A stretch of 64,000 nucleotides of DNA from Dicyema japonicum (Eukaryota; Animalia; Dicyemida), in NCBI GenBank assembly GCA_011109175.1, contig RDEW01000061.1, positions 197,543 through 261,542 of the forward strand, read 5' to 3'. The notes below the pieces were generated by a model that worked only from the letters and a program-made list of their open reading frames with translations, was not told where the DNA came from and ran no database searches. The position numbers and the translations under genes are program-made. Numbering within the stretch: position 1 is the stretch's first letter; each line of letters begins with the position of its first letter. This document shows positions 39,950-52,841 of the stretch, one piece after another.

Positions 39950-40125
39950 ATCTGTTCTTGACTTTTTGGTTCCGCGTGAGTCGCTGAAAAAAATCCGGGT
40001 CAGTAGTGATGAATCACTGACGTCGGCTTCATTCGTCAATCCCAGAAGCATCATAGATGCGTGGAACCTTCGACCCAAATAGGCGAGATTCGAACCGGAA
40101 CCATTTGGATTTGGTTCTGCACTTA
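39950..40125 (-). mobile_element. tRNA-derived SINE copy
   Basis: B-box ggttcgaatctc plus core gaaggttccacgcatctatgatgcttctgggattgacgaatga, shared with the 62340 and 63590 copies. Confidence 0.75.
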
Positions 40126-40499
40126 TTTATTTATTTAGAACCCAGGGATCATCGAAAAAAAAAAACAAAAAAACGTCAGCCAGTTAGGTAATCGCAGTTC
40201 CCGGAATCGAACGAGCCATCGTTCCTATTACCATGCGAAAGATCCTTTTCCCAACCCTGCATATGAATCCGATTGGAAAAGGGAACTTTTTAACCAATCG
40301 ATTTTCATTTGCTTTGGAAAAAAATAGCGAAGCGGGTCTCCATTCTCATCAGTAAGGAGTCCTCACAGATCTGAAGGAATCTGGATCTGCGATTCGTGTC
40401 GTTTTTTCCGTTTTCCCTTTATAGAAAGTTAACTACCAACTGGTTTTCATGTTGGTGGCATTATGTGGTGATACGTGGCTAATTAGGTAAAGTTTTCTG

Positions 40500-40740
40500 T
40501 TTTGTCTGTTCCTCAATTTTCCCTCACTACTATAGTGGCGTTGTGTGTTCCACCTGTCTCAGAAGGCGCCCATTGGATAGGCTGGCATGAAAAAGGATCA
40601 TCTGCTCTCCCTCAATTCACTTGAGGGGTTATCCCAGCTGCAAGTTCAGGGTGGACTCTCGCAGTAAAAACTGGATAAACATAACTAGTTGTTTACTTTA
40701 ACTTCTTTCTCGGTGTATCTGAGGTTAATAAATAAATTAG
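40500..40740 (+). mobile_element. LINE 3' UTR copy
   Basis: Homologous to 6775-7070 and 31830-31990. Confidence 0.65.
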
Positions 40741-40829
40741 TTAATTCATGATGGTCACTTGGTCATAAAGAAACTGACTACATGTTTAGCGAACAAATAA
40801 GCTTATTTTATTTAACAAGGAATACCAAA

Positions 40830-41500
40830 GTCAAAATACCGTTTCCAAATTTTTAAATGAGATATGGAATATTGATCCTACTAGACCAGTGTCATTTCAA
40901 CGAAAGTTAAAGATAATGCAATTGGAGATAAGCAAAACATTTTAAAAATTCGTTGATTTACTTAACTTCAAGGACAATCATTATGTGAACATTGCTGTTA
41001 CCTAAGAAACAAAGCTTACTTCTAAATCCAAGACTCCAAACATCAAGAACAATTCTGTTATAAATTCTACCGCGGATACAGCTATCGGAGGTAGCTTAAT
41101 TATTATAGTTTGCATTTCAATTCGTTTTTGCAGATTTTTCTTCTTATCAGAGGATACTAAAATTAAAATTCGATCTATTGAGGAGAAAGTTAAACCTGTT
41201 TAAATATTGTCAATGTTAAAAAGAAGAATAATATTTAGGCCTACGGGAGCTGCTCGAGAGAATTCAAAGGATTGATCCAAAGAATCTGGTGCCGAAGAAT
41301 CTCTTTCAAGTATGGAAGAGCATGTTAAAGCATGGCGTATAGAGATAATTACTAAAAAAAAGATGAAACAAACAATTATGAAATCCCGAGATAAAGCACG
41401 AGGAATAGACGTGATGCGGTTAGAAGCATTTAAAGGAGGGTTTGGATTGCCTTTTTGAGGTCCTCCGTTACCTTTTAGAGCAAATCTCAATATGGGATAT
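40830..41500 (+). mobile_element. Decayed retroelement fragment (APE N-terminal part)
   Basis: NIAVT*ETKLTSKSKTPNIKN..GGSLII. Confidence 0.45.
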
Positions 41501-41820
41501 GTTCATCAGATAGACACTAAATCCCTATGCGGCCTTCGGGAGCTGTTCATCAGATAGACACTAAATCCCTATGCGGCCTTCGGGAGCTGTTCATCAGATA
41601 GACACTAAATCCCTATGCGGCCTTTGAGCGCTGTTCATCAGATAGACACTAAATCCCTATGCGGCCTTTGGCCGCTGTTTATCAGATAGACACTAAATCC
41701 CTATGCGGCCTTCGAGCGCTGTTCATCAGATAAACACTAAATCCCTATGCGGCCTTCGGGCGCTGTTCTTCAGATAGACAGTAAATCCCTATGCGGCTTT
41801 TGGCCGCTGTTCTTCAGATA
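41501..41820. repeat. 44-bp minisatellite, 7 full units plus a partial unit
   Basis: gttcatcagatagacactaaatccctatgcggccttcgggagct x7; units start at 41501 + 44n. Confidence 0.97.
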
Positions 41821-42321
41821 AATAAAGTATGATTTTTCTTTTGGAAATGAGGTATTTTTAGTGAATAAATTTAGATACAAAATTAATTGATTATGGGACA
41901 AATCCATCACTAAGGTTGAGCAGATTTGAATCTCCATATTCAAGAGCTAAGTAAAATTCACGATCAGGAGAAATAAAAATAGTCAATGACTTGAGTCAAG
42001 AAAATATAGACTTAAGAAAATACATTTTTGATTTTTGATTAGAAACAAATTAGTGTTGATTTGATGATAGGTGACATGTCGTAAATTCTTTGATTTTTGA
42101 TAAGAAATGACAGGTCACATGTGATTGACATGTAAAATGTAACCAGCAGTGGATGGGTAACGCGTGCGGGACGCGACATATTATTCACATCGATAAGGAA
42201 AAGAAAATGAGTTAAAAATATATAGGATTTATTGGTGAAAACTGTTTAAAATGCAAAACTGGCTGAGACTATCTCGAATAAAAGATGTGAATTATATTTA
42301 GTCGTTTTTATAAAAATCTAA

Positions 42322-42439
42322 ATGTACGATCATACTTGGCCGTAAGCACCCGTTCTCAGCCGACCACGGAAGTTAAGCGGTTATAGGCTGTGTTAGTACT
42401 TGGCTGGGTGACCGCCTGGGAACTCACAGTGTCGTACTT
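42322..42439 (+). rRNA. 5S rRNA, dispersed intact copy within an array-unit fragment (~42175-42569)
   Basis: Identical to the array 5S; ~150 bp of upstream flank; the downstream spacer has an internal deletion of ~560 bp. Confidence 0.93.
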
Positions 42440-43176
42440 TTTTATTTTTATTAATGGAATCAATTCTTTTTGATTTAACCACTTTTTCCCAACTTTTTTT
42501 GCATACACACTTGCACATATGTTGGCCTTTTATGACTCACATACTTGACCGGACCTTAGATCTCCCAGTTATATGCTAGTCCCTCCAACGCTGCTATATG
42601 CTAGTCCCTCCTGGACAATATCCATTTCCCGGACATCATATATACTGTTCTCAGCATGTACAATCTTTGCAATAGTTTTTTTCTAATCAGTCGACAAATC
42701 TGTGAGCTCAGCCAATTCAAACGTTGACTTAGTTTTGTACAGCTTTTTAATTAATTCATACGAAGTTTTGTCAACATTTTTTTTGCGTTGTTCGAAAACT
42801 CGATCTGACATTCTATAAGCTGTTTTCAAAAAAAGTATATAAATTTCGTTTTCATTACGATAATGTAAAAGTTTGAATTCCGATGATCAATCTGCATTAG
42901 AGTGAATTAAATGTTAAAAGCAGATAATCAATATTGCGATTATCAGATATAACCCTGTAGTCGCATTTTATATTATTAATTTATATTAATGAAAACGAAA
43001 TTTATGATAACCAAAACGCAATTTATGAAAATAAAAACGTAATTTATAATGATGAAAATCATTGTAAATAAAACTATTTTTGTAGTAAAAACCATGGTTC
43101 GATCCTTGCGGTTATTATTAATTAATCGCAGATATATCGAAAAAGAAGTTAACAGTTAACAACTAATTAAATTTAT

Positions 43177-46100
43177 TCAGTTCCCACGTTTGCTGAAGGA
43201 GAAAGGTTTTCCAATATCAAATAAAAGTTCATCCAGAAACTAATGGAAGGAGGAAGAACACATCGTGTCCTTGTGGTAACCTCTCCAATAGAGTGAAAAA
43301 AAAACAATCATTTTTTTGTTAGCCTGCCATTGGGCTCCACCTGAGACATCTTGCTCACCAATATATTATATGTATTGACAAATAAATCTTATTTGTTTGC
43401 ACAAAAAAAATAAAATGATTTAAAAAAGAAATAATCAGTCACTATGAACAAAAAATAATTCGAATCACAATTTGCTAACAATGCACGAATACAATTAAGT
43501 TTATCCGGTACAGAGAAGCAAGAAGAATAACTAGCTGTAAAATCAGTAATACTCAAAGAATTACATGATTCTCCCAAAAACTTAATATCCTTCTAATAAT
43601 ACAAATAACAAACATTTCTGTCTAAAAGTTTCATACAAATTTTTTCCACTCTCAATAAGTGTTCCCCGACAGGAACATTTCCATGCAGACAAGAGAGATG
43701 TTTCAACGCATTTAACATAAAATGACGCCCTGCTTTATCAAATTCAGCCTCAAATAAAAAATAAAGCAACAAATTTAATGACATCATTAGTCAGGTTGAC
43801 ACAAAACGTCCACAAAGAACAATTCTCAGTAGGTACTTGGGACAAAATTGACATCAAACATGTAAAAAGTTCATCCAAGTTCTATCATTATGTTTATAAG
43901 ATACACCTGTAGCAAAAAATTCCGACCAATCCCAGACAGAGTATCATTTTTCACCGTCGTCTTTGTATCACTAACAGAAAATCTACTTCCAAATAGCCTA
44001 TCGAGCTCTTCCACAGAGTCATTTACACCCGTCGAGAAAATCAAAGCGTCTAAGTATGAAAACAAGAAACTCAGAAATTTAGAAAATTCTTTAGAAAGTC
44101 GAAATACAGACTCTCATCCTCAAATTCCCCTAAAACAAGATTTAAAGCAATCAAATTAATTTTCTACCAATTCATAAAAACAGCAACATCGAAAATAATC
44201 CTAGCATAAAAATATGATATCTTTGTGGAAAAACTCTCAGTCCTTAGAGTCTTAGAATATTTCAGAAAAATCGGAATCAGCAAATCCCCTATGAGTAAAA
44301 CCGAATATATGACTTGTGAATACACCGATATCGTAGAATCGCAACATTAGAATACTCGGCAGTATAGTTTCATAGAAATAGTCATTAAAATACGAGAATA
44401 TGGGAGAATTACTTTCAAACTTTGTTTCGATCAAAATTACCAGGAGGAATCCAGTCAAAAGAGAACAAATACAATGTGTGAAGACGGTTTCTCGGATAGA
44501 AGTCATCATCACAGTCATTTTTAGTATATCCATCTAAACTCAGCCATCAATATAAAACTTTGCAATAAATCACACTTTTTTGGGATATCAATTGAAATCA
44601 TTTTACCCACAATATGTGGATGCATCAAACGCAATGCCTTTGAATACCACAAAGAGGCAAGAAGACTTGAATAAATAAAATAGAGACCAGATTAAATCAA
44701 GACAAAATTTGAGTAGCTTAAACATCGTTTGGTCAAATTCAGGGAGAGAAGAATTGTTGGAGACACTGAGGAGTGAATAGACAAGTCCAATGAGGACCAT
44801 TATCTACAAGTTAGCCTTAATTTTACTCTTTGGTTAAAATCCTTCCTTCCTTCGTTCGGAATTTGATCAAGACCAAAAAAAGTGACTGCAAATTTATATG
44901 AAGAGCAGTCAATAATCAGATCACTTGGAAGATCGAGTCTTTCGAAAAGTTGACTTATTATCGGGTGAAAATATGAGTTAAAAATATTTTCCAAAAAGGG
45001 ACGTTCATTGTGGAGTTTTCTGAAATTATCACTAAATATCGTACAAAACGGAAAAATATGAACGAACGATTGTCGTGGTGCAGATTAAAGCACTCTCACT
45101 CAATTCGAACACTTTAGCTAACAAACTTTGTAACAATGCGTTTATCTGATCCACCTTGTGTGTCTATAAAATTGAAATTCAATACTACAAATATATGTTC
45201 TTTGTGGTTGATCATAAATTCATAAACCGATTTGCAAAACAAATAAAACGTCCGCCAACTAAATTTTCAACCAATTTTAACAATTCATGGACAATCACTC
45301 ACCGTTACAAAAACATCCCAAAATATTTGGAGTTATTTATGACTAACTACTAACTTTCTCTAAACATGTGGAGGAACAATGCACAAAAACCTCTCGCAAG
45401 ATCAACATACTTAAAGCTGTGTCAGGCCATTCCTTTGGCCAAAGCAAAGAAGCCCTAACCATCATATATAATCAGTTCATTCGAACAACTATTAACTATG
45501 CAAGTCCTTGCTGGTTAACCTCTCCCTCCCTTACTTCTATTGACAAACTACAAAAAGTAAAAAAAATGCGCTCAGGATAATTACTGGATGACTCAGATCA
45601 ACTCCTGTTGATCATCTACATTGGGAGTCAAAGATCCTTCCAATTGGAGACCATCTGGAAATGGAAGCTATGCAGTTCCTCTCCTAAGCCTACAGCCTAG
45701 AACATTCCTGCCACTCTCTATGCAAACCGCAAAACAAAAGGAAAATTATTATGACAACCAGTGACCTGTCTCGAATGTTATCATCCATCCCTTCCATCCC
45801 CAATGACAAAAGTCGTCTGAAAACAGATACACGATTTTGTTTCTACGAGAAGCATCCGAAGACTCGGAGACAATAAAATACTACAGCAACCTCCTTCTCC
45901 AATAGACCAATCAGAATCCTCTCTTCCCAATGGAACTTCCGAGTAAATAAACTTCGTCTACAATGTGAGGCACCATCATATCTATCATTGATAACTCTGT
46001 CCCTTTTGCAACCTCCACGTGCTGACAACAAATCACAACCTATTTCAATGTCATGAATTGGCACAACATTTCTCCACAATGCCGGAACTGACCGATCTAT

Positions 46101-48396
46101 GAGAGCGACCAACATCTGCTGCGTACTACTTAATAGCTGCTGGCCTCCTGCAAGTTAGTGAGGCTGAGGTTACTTAACAACTAACTACACCAATGAGGAT
46201 GGACGTTATTTCATCGAGATGGCAACTATTTGGACATATACTTGGACTGGACCCGACTGGAAGAATATTTCTACTGCACCAAAAGTCACGGATTTTGAGA
46301 CAGGCCATGAAATACACTTCCAATTTGCTTAAAAGATGATTACGAAACAATCGGTCTTAAATTGGTGACAGCAGACGACCTGGATGTTCAAATGAGGGCC
46401 AGAAACAAGNACGTCATTTTTTGTTATAAAACTTTTCAGATTTTCACAAAAACATAAATTTTTAATTTGTATGTAAATCTGAATGTTAATTAAAAAATAA
46501 ACACTATTAAACAAAAAATCCGTAAATTCCCCGTTAAAATATGGAGTACTTGAATATATCGATAAAATTGAGAAGGCGGGTAAGGAAAGAAGTTAAAGAT
46601 TCCTAACAGTGAAGAAACTTTATACTTCTATGGGATTATTTGGACAAAAAAGAGATGTCCCGCTAACACAGGTTGAACATGTCGAACAGTTCAAAAAAGT
46701 AGATAGATATGAAGTCAAAGCATATGCACCTATTCTAGATGCTCCTAGATCAGTCTCAAAACTCCCATTCAAAATCACAATCCGTGTCAATGTCGCCACT
46801 TTAGACAAAATTTTCCTAGTGTCATGGAAATACTTGAATACTAAAAATATTTATATGTGATACCATCAGCTGAAATATTGTGTAAGATAGTTGAAGAGGT
46901 GCAAACTACTAGGTCTCGAATGTGGTCAGGGCAATTTTTGCGAAATACATGAAATACAAGTTCGAATTTTGTTAGAAACTCTAAATTTATGCAATCTTAA
47001 TTCAACCTTCAATAAAAGCTTGGTATTCTTCGTCGGATAAAAAATCGTGTTTTTTCCATTGTTCGTTAAAATCCGGGAATTTTGAGGCCATAACATTAAT
47101 AATTTTCCATTCTAAAGTATATTTTCAAAATATTACTGAAACATATATATAAATAAATATTTCAATTAAAGCCAAATTTTTAACAATTTTCCACAGCAAA
47201 TCTGTCCATTCATTCCCACTGTCTTTTATATTAGCCAACTTATAAAAAGCTTCAATGGCGAAAATCGAAACTTTCTAAAATAACCCCAAGCTGCACCTTA
47301 GAACTGCAAAAAAGTAGTTTCTTGATAATAATTAGAATGTTTTGAACATTGTTCGTTTTTGAGTTGACAGTATGTCCCTTTGTAGCTAACGCAGTTCTGC
47401 AAAAAGCTGATACTGCCTGGGAAATGAAGAAAGCGAATTTCTTTAGTAGAAAGTAGGAGTGATGAAATTCGTTTCTGATAGAATATTCGAGGCTTGAAAT
47501 AATAAGAAATCAAAAACAAGTTTATTAAATGTTCTTTATCTTGACAACACTTGAACAAATAGCAGACAACGTCATTAGCCTCTTTCTGCCATTAAAAGAC
47601 ATATTAACCTCTTTGCTATCAAAAAGTGTCAGCAGACAATCCAATATATGCTCAGTCATTGTCAGATCACCAAGCAAGTCAACCAAAATGACTAATTTTC
47701 TACTCTGACTTTTATACAAGGAAAGAGGCGTCTTCTCTATATAACGAGCAAGACATTGTATTTCTTCCACGGTTACATTATTTCCGAGATTAAAGTTGAC
47801 AAAGTTTTCCAACAACAATAAAATATTGCCACTTAATTCCTTCAGTGAGATAGACATGTGAGTCTGATAGACTCGATCAATCATTAACGAGAGCACGTGG
47901 CACATTAAGCGTCCGTAAATCTACAAGTAACTATGGGAAATACCATTGAATCTGTAACGTAATTTTTCAGTTCAATTAAACGTGGTATTAGGTTGTAGCC
48001 GTTAGAAAAACTACAGAAAATTAATTCTGTCACATATCTGCTGATAGCATCGAAAAGGGTGGATTCATGATACACGTAATTTGTAGTAATAGAGCTCACG
48101 TCGAACAGTAAACTGTCGAAATGGCCAGGATTATTGATCCTAAAATTTTGAAAATTTAAAACTTTTTTATTTGTCGCATCAAGTTGAACCCATATATTTT
48201 GACAGAAAGCTCGTTTTGCGCTATAAGAGCTTTTCCAAGTTCGTAACAATTTGGGGCGCTCAGGAGACTTTCAAGGTACTGCCTGTGAATTAAAAACAAT
48301 TACAATGGATGAATTCATTAATTCGTCTGGGTTAGATAGCGGATTGTTGAAGGTATTTAAATATTGTAAAATAATGCTTATCTGGTCACATAACAT
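43177..48396 (-). CDS. XPO5: Exportin-5 (importin-beta family), many tiny introns, interrupted by a TE block at ~45200-46410
   Basis: Collinear matches to recalled human XPO5: MLCDQ..NP; KIYGFNLMRQIK; DAISRYVTELI; CLARYIE..ILDCLL..RKRLMTL; DFLSDEEYQAF; FLENIFNSYFHPIISQL; IGKPF. At least two small frameshifts. Confidence 0.8.
45225..46409 (+). mobile_element. LINE 3' fragment (45225-46190) followed by an RTE C-terminal fragment (46190-46409), antisense inside XPO5
   Basis: KHPKIFGV..KINILKAVSGHSFGQSKEALTIIYNQFIRTTINYASPCW; RWQLFGHIL..GLKLVTADDLD; ends at the single n at 46410. Confidence 0.8.
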
Positions 48397-48853
48397 TAAC
48401 CGTGCTTGTTTATATTTTATAAAATATTGCAATTTATATTAATTTAATTTTTTAAATAAAAATGAAATCTATTTAAATTTTTCAATCTTCCATAATTCGT
48501 AAGAACCGCGGATGTGCCTATAAGACTACATCCAGTTATACGGCCGATACGTGCTTGTATCTGCCAGAATGAGGAGCATCGGGTCAAGATGAGCTCTCTG
48601 TGAGAATAGTTTACTTGCTAGTGGCTATTGTAAAGCCAACAAAGTACCTTTCCTTTTTATTTGATCAGACACTAAACTTAATTCTGGACCAATCTCAACT
48701 TACCGAGAGTTAACTTTTGGTTGTGATTTTTCTGCCAGTTACAGGTTTCCTTCTCTTGAAGTTACTGTGAATAAATAATAAAGTAAAGTAGTAAGAAATC
48801 CTTCGACTTAATTTAATTTTCATTGAATAATTTTTTATTTATTAAAAATCAAT

Positions 48854-49356
48854 TCAATCAATAATATTTTCAAAACTATAGCAAATTCCAAGCGTTTTAA
48901 GCTTATCGTTCCTATTCTTGTTTCTTACTTTTAAACAAGACTTTGAATATTCCTTCTCCGTTTCTGTTTGTTTCTCTTTCTTAGCTTCAATCCTTTTCCT
49001 TATTGATTCTGGCTTCGAAAACCTTTTACCACAGCCTTTAAAGACATTTTCATACTTCCCTTCACGTTTGACAACTCTACCTAAGGATAAATACAAATAG
49101 CACATTTAATTATTCTATCTGCTAGGAAATAGTTATTCATCGATTGACAGGCAATTTTTGTTATTTCCGGGATATCAAATTGAAGGAAAGCAAACCCACG
49201 TGAGTTTCCTGTCTTAAAAATGAAAATTCAACTCACTTTTTTACTACGAGATAATCGAATTCGAGTTACGCGGCCGAATTGAGAGAAAAACTTATTTATT
49301 TGAGGTTCAAAAAACCCACTTGGAAGATGTCCAATGTATAATATTTCATTGTTCAT
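48854..49356 (-). CDS. NIFK: NIFK/Nop15 RRM ribosome-biogenesis factor; introns of 24 and 23 nt
   Basis: Spliced: [36 protein letters not shown]|[26 protein letters not shown]|..[11 protein letters not shown]. Confidence 0.9.
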
Positions 49357-49499
49357 TTTCAAACTATACATTAAGAACAACGCAATACGCAACACAAGAA
49401 GTAAAAAACGTGATTTATGAAATATTTAAAAAAATAATATTTTAAATTTTTATTATTAATTTTTAAATATTTTATTATATTAGTTTTGTTTTTGAGGAA

Positions 49500-51250
49500 G
49501 ATGGATTATTTCAAGATCTCCTCATTCGTCTTAACAGATAGTTGTGGATCATTTCGTGGCAAAATTTGGATGTTTTTTGTACATATCAACAAAAAGATCT
49601 TTAATTTCTACCTCATTTTTTCTTCTCTTCATCGCTCAGCCCCTTCCATGAGTCTCTTACCCTCTCAGGAGACATGAAATACCCAGCATTAACTGGTCGA
49701 TCTCCGCCACATCCTTCAAAACAAAAGGTCGAGGTGGGAGGTTTTTGTCTCGTCTCTTGACCTTCGGACTAAACCGACCGAATTTGGAACACACTGAATC
49801 TATTTCGACAGACTCAACATATGACCTCTCACGAATCTGGAGCAAGCAGACGTCAGCAAACCAACTCATTTCGAGAACAACCAGATGACATCATGATCCA
49901 TTACAGCAGTATTTGTAGATCAATATGAATAAATCAAATTGTGTCCGCAAACTGAATCCCCCTTTGTCACTAAGTGTTTCCCAATCAAAATAGACTGGTT
50001 GGAGATACGTTCCCTGATTAAGAATGCTAAGAACTCCTACCCAAAAGGCTGAGACAGAATATACATATATCATCCAAAAAATCTTGGGCCAAATGAACTG
50101 CGGGCTTTACGACTATCTTCCAAGCGTCTTAGAATTCAGGATTTGTGTCTATGCTCTGGAAACAAATCGACAATAATTGACTTTTAAATCTATCAAGGAC
50201 CCGCATAACCCAGTATTCTTTAGATCAATTTCCCTCCTTTTTGCTATAAGGATCTTCGAGAGATACAACTGGATATACCTTAGCTGGAAGATACGCTAGT
50301 CCTGTTCTATGAAGATGACATAATCCTCGCGCCTCGGGATAAAAATATCACCTCAGCCTCAGTCCGTCTTTAAACACAGTTAGATTCTCTCTAGAATCTT
50401 GGATATCAAACAATCACCTATCCCCTTCATAGTTCAGCATCACGATATTCACTTCGACTGACGTTGACTAAACGTTAAACCGGAGCAGAAAATTTTCGAG
50501 GAAGTCCTCCCTGTCTCAAAAATACCTAAATCTTAGGAGTAATCTACGACCAATGCTTTACATTCTCCTCCCACGTGGACCGTCTGTTGGAAAAACAAAC
50601 AAAAAAATGAGCTTCTTCCACGTGGTGGCTGGATCTATCTTCGGCCAGGACAAGGAAACCCTCAGAATAATCTACAAACAATATATCAGGACGACCTTGA
50701 ACTACGGGAGCCCATCCTGGGCCTCAACACTCGTAGTCAGAAACATCCAAAAAGTTCAGAGTCCAAAATAGAGCTTTTCAAACACTTATTAAATGAAACA
50801 AATTCGACACCCCTGAAATTCATCATTTTCCTGCTAGAAAATCATCTCTGTATGAGAAACCTCCAATTCTTAAACGAAACCACACCACCCTTGCCACTTC
50901 CTGACTTAAACGAAGAAATTCAGAAAGATAATTCCACCACAACGTATCAGTTTCGTTAATTGACTAAATTCCTTGGCCACATCACTATAAAACCAAGTCA
51001 AGACAATACATGATCACATCTCTACTAAAGCCTTTCGAAGACTGTTCTGGAACGATCTGCTGGATGACCTTCCTCCATTGGTTAATGAATCGGAGACTAC
51101 CTTAGACAGAATCGAAGAAGACTCTAGCCCAACTACGTTCTGGGAACTTCTTCCTTAGAGAAGAGTTGGGCTCTTGGAAATTTTCTCCTGCACGGGACCT
51201 CCTATGGATATCGAAGCCTATTAGTAGCGTCAAGCATTAGCTACAAGACG
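49500..51250 (+). mobile_element. Decayed LINE ORF2
   Basis: HPKNLGP; YEDD; FGQDKETLRIIYKQYIRTTLNYGSPSW; LAQLRSG. Confidence 0.7.
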
Positions 51251-51449
51251 TCTGAAAACGGCCTGCCTCTTACAAAGTAGCGATGATTGGAAACAAATTT
51301 AATGACTATGAGCGCAGAATAATCACCATGAATACTCTCAAATAGAAAACTGACTAGCTCTGTTTCCGGACTGGCTTTGAAGGGCGAACATTACCAAAAG
51401 AACTCAGTAAAATATTTGATTTTGAATTTCTGAAAACGCTAACTAATTT

Positions 51450-52140
51450 CATTTCATCTTTACAAAACTGAATTTTGCACAAATACTCTTGGAAACATTA
51501 CAAAGGAGCTTTGTATGACAATATAACACTGTACACAGAACATTGAGCTAATCACCAATTACGATTGTGTTGCTTTTGGAACAAACTTACTTAGGTCGTG
51601 ACTAGGATCACTCCTCTCATGTCGACAGAAAATTCGACAGTCTTTCATCCATAGTAAAAAATCTCATGTCAGTCGAATCTATCGAAAGTGTATTGGATCT
51701 TGATGAAAATACTACTAAGAGAGTCTGAATCAAGTTTCTTTTATATCTATCTCATTGCATTGATAGAATTTTTTAAAACGTACTTTGAAAATATACATCC
51801 AGCAGTTTTATGGAAAGAAACAATGAATATTCCATAAATATTGCATTGAACATTATCGGAACCATCCATAAACAGAAATCAAATGTCACTAAAAAATTAA
51901 AAAAACTATCTATCCAACAGAATGAGTTGTACCTTAAAAAAGTTGTTAACATTTGAAATCTGTTACTTGCAGATATTTAAAAAAACTACCAAAATCAGCA
52001 AAAAGATTAAAAAATCGGATAATGGTGAATAAAATTGAAAAATACAAAAATTATGCGAGAATTTACATAGCAATATGCTTACTTAACAAAAACAATGTCT
52101 TCAAGAACGTTACAGTTCTCGACGAGAAAAAATAATAGTT
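51450..52140 (+). other. Possible unidentified or decayed host gene with short introns
   Basis: Candidate 26-44-nt GT-AG introns join protein-like pieces (QILLETLQRSF|NIELITNY; FDSLSSIVKNLMSVESIESVLDL), but several frameshifts remain. Confidence 0.3.
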
Positions 52141-52589
52141 ATGAGTAGGAATGAGAAAGTGGAGATTTTTCAACACACTTCAAAAGATTATTATTTTATG
52201 TGAATCTGAGGATTAAGTTTATGATAAAAGTCACACTATCAGTCTAAGAAGTGATAACAACGCGGGAAACTTAATACAAGAAATCTCAAACAACAAAGGT
52301 TAATAATATAAAATCGTCACGCCCCTATATATTAACAACATACAAGCTGCATATTGAAGATCTTCTTTTTAATCTTTTCTGAAGTATTTTTGAAAATTTT
52401 GAATCACTTTATGGGACTCTAATAATCTCTTTATCTGATAAAAAATTTCTTTGGTCAAATTTTTATGTTTATCGCTCATTAGACATTTCTTTAAAATTAT
52501 TACTTGCAAGAAATCTATAGATTCAAAAAAATAAAAATTTATGTTCTAAATAGTATCTAATTTTTTTAATAAATTCTAAAAAATAATTG

Positions 52590-52838
52590 TTTTATTTAAG
52601 CACTCCCGATAAGTCAAAAAAATTAATTAAGCTTCCCTTGTGCATGTTGATAACAATCTCGTAATTATCCTCTTCCAAGTATCCCTGTTTCTTGCTTTTT
52701 CTCTTAAGTAGCCAAGGTCTTCTGCATTTTCAAGTTTCTTTTTGATATTTTCAGTTCCTGATCGAAATAGATGGTATTGTAGATCTTGGCCTTCCATGGA
52801 ATGTTCCTCCGCATTGTTTGAAGTATGTTTACATTGCG
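52590..52838 (-). mobile_element. Older 5'-truncated RTE-like 3' end
   Basis: FHGRPRSTIP..AEDLGYLREKARNRDTWKRI; 3' UTR motif gact.tcgggagtgct shared with the adjacent element. Confidence 0.75.
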
Positions 52839-52841
52839 ATA

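Noticed and set aside
40180-40235. tRNA gene on the minus strand (GTTCGATTCC)
   Set aside because: No anticodon or D arm and the T-stem is broken; at most a SINE head remnant.
41501-41820. CRISPR array or tandem hammerhead ribozymes
   Set aside because: There are no unique spacers and the context is eukaryotic; CUGAUGA is present but there is no GAAA or stem I/III pairing.
46609-46860. Plus-strand ORF as an independent gene
   Set aside because: It is antisense to XPO5 exons that splice in frame on the minus strand.
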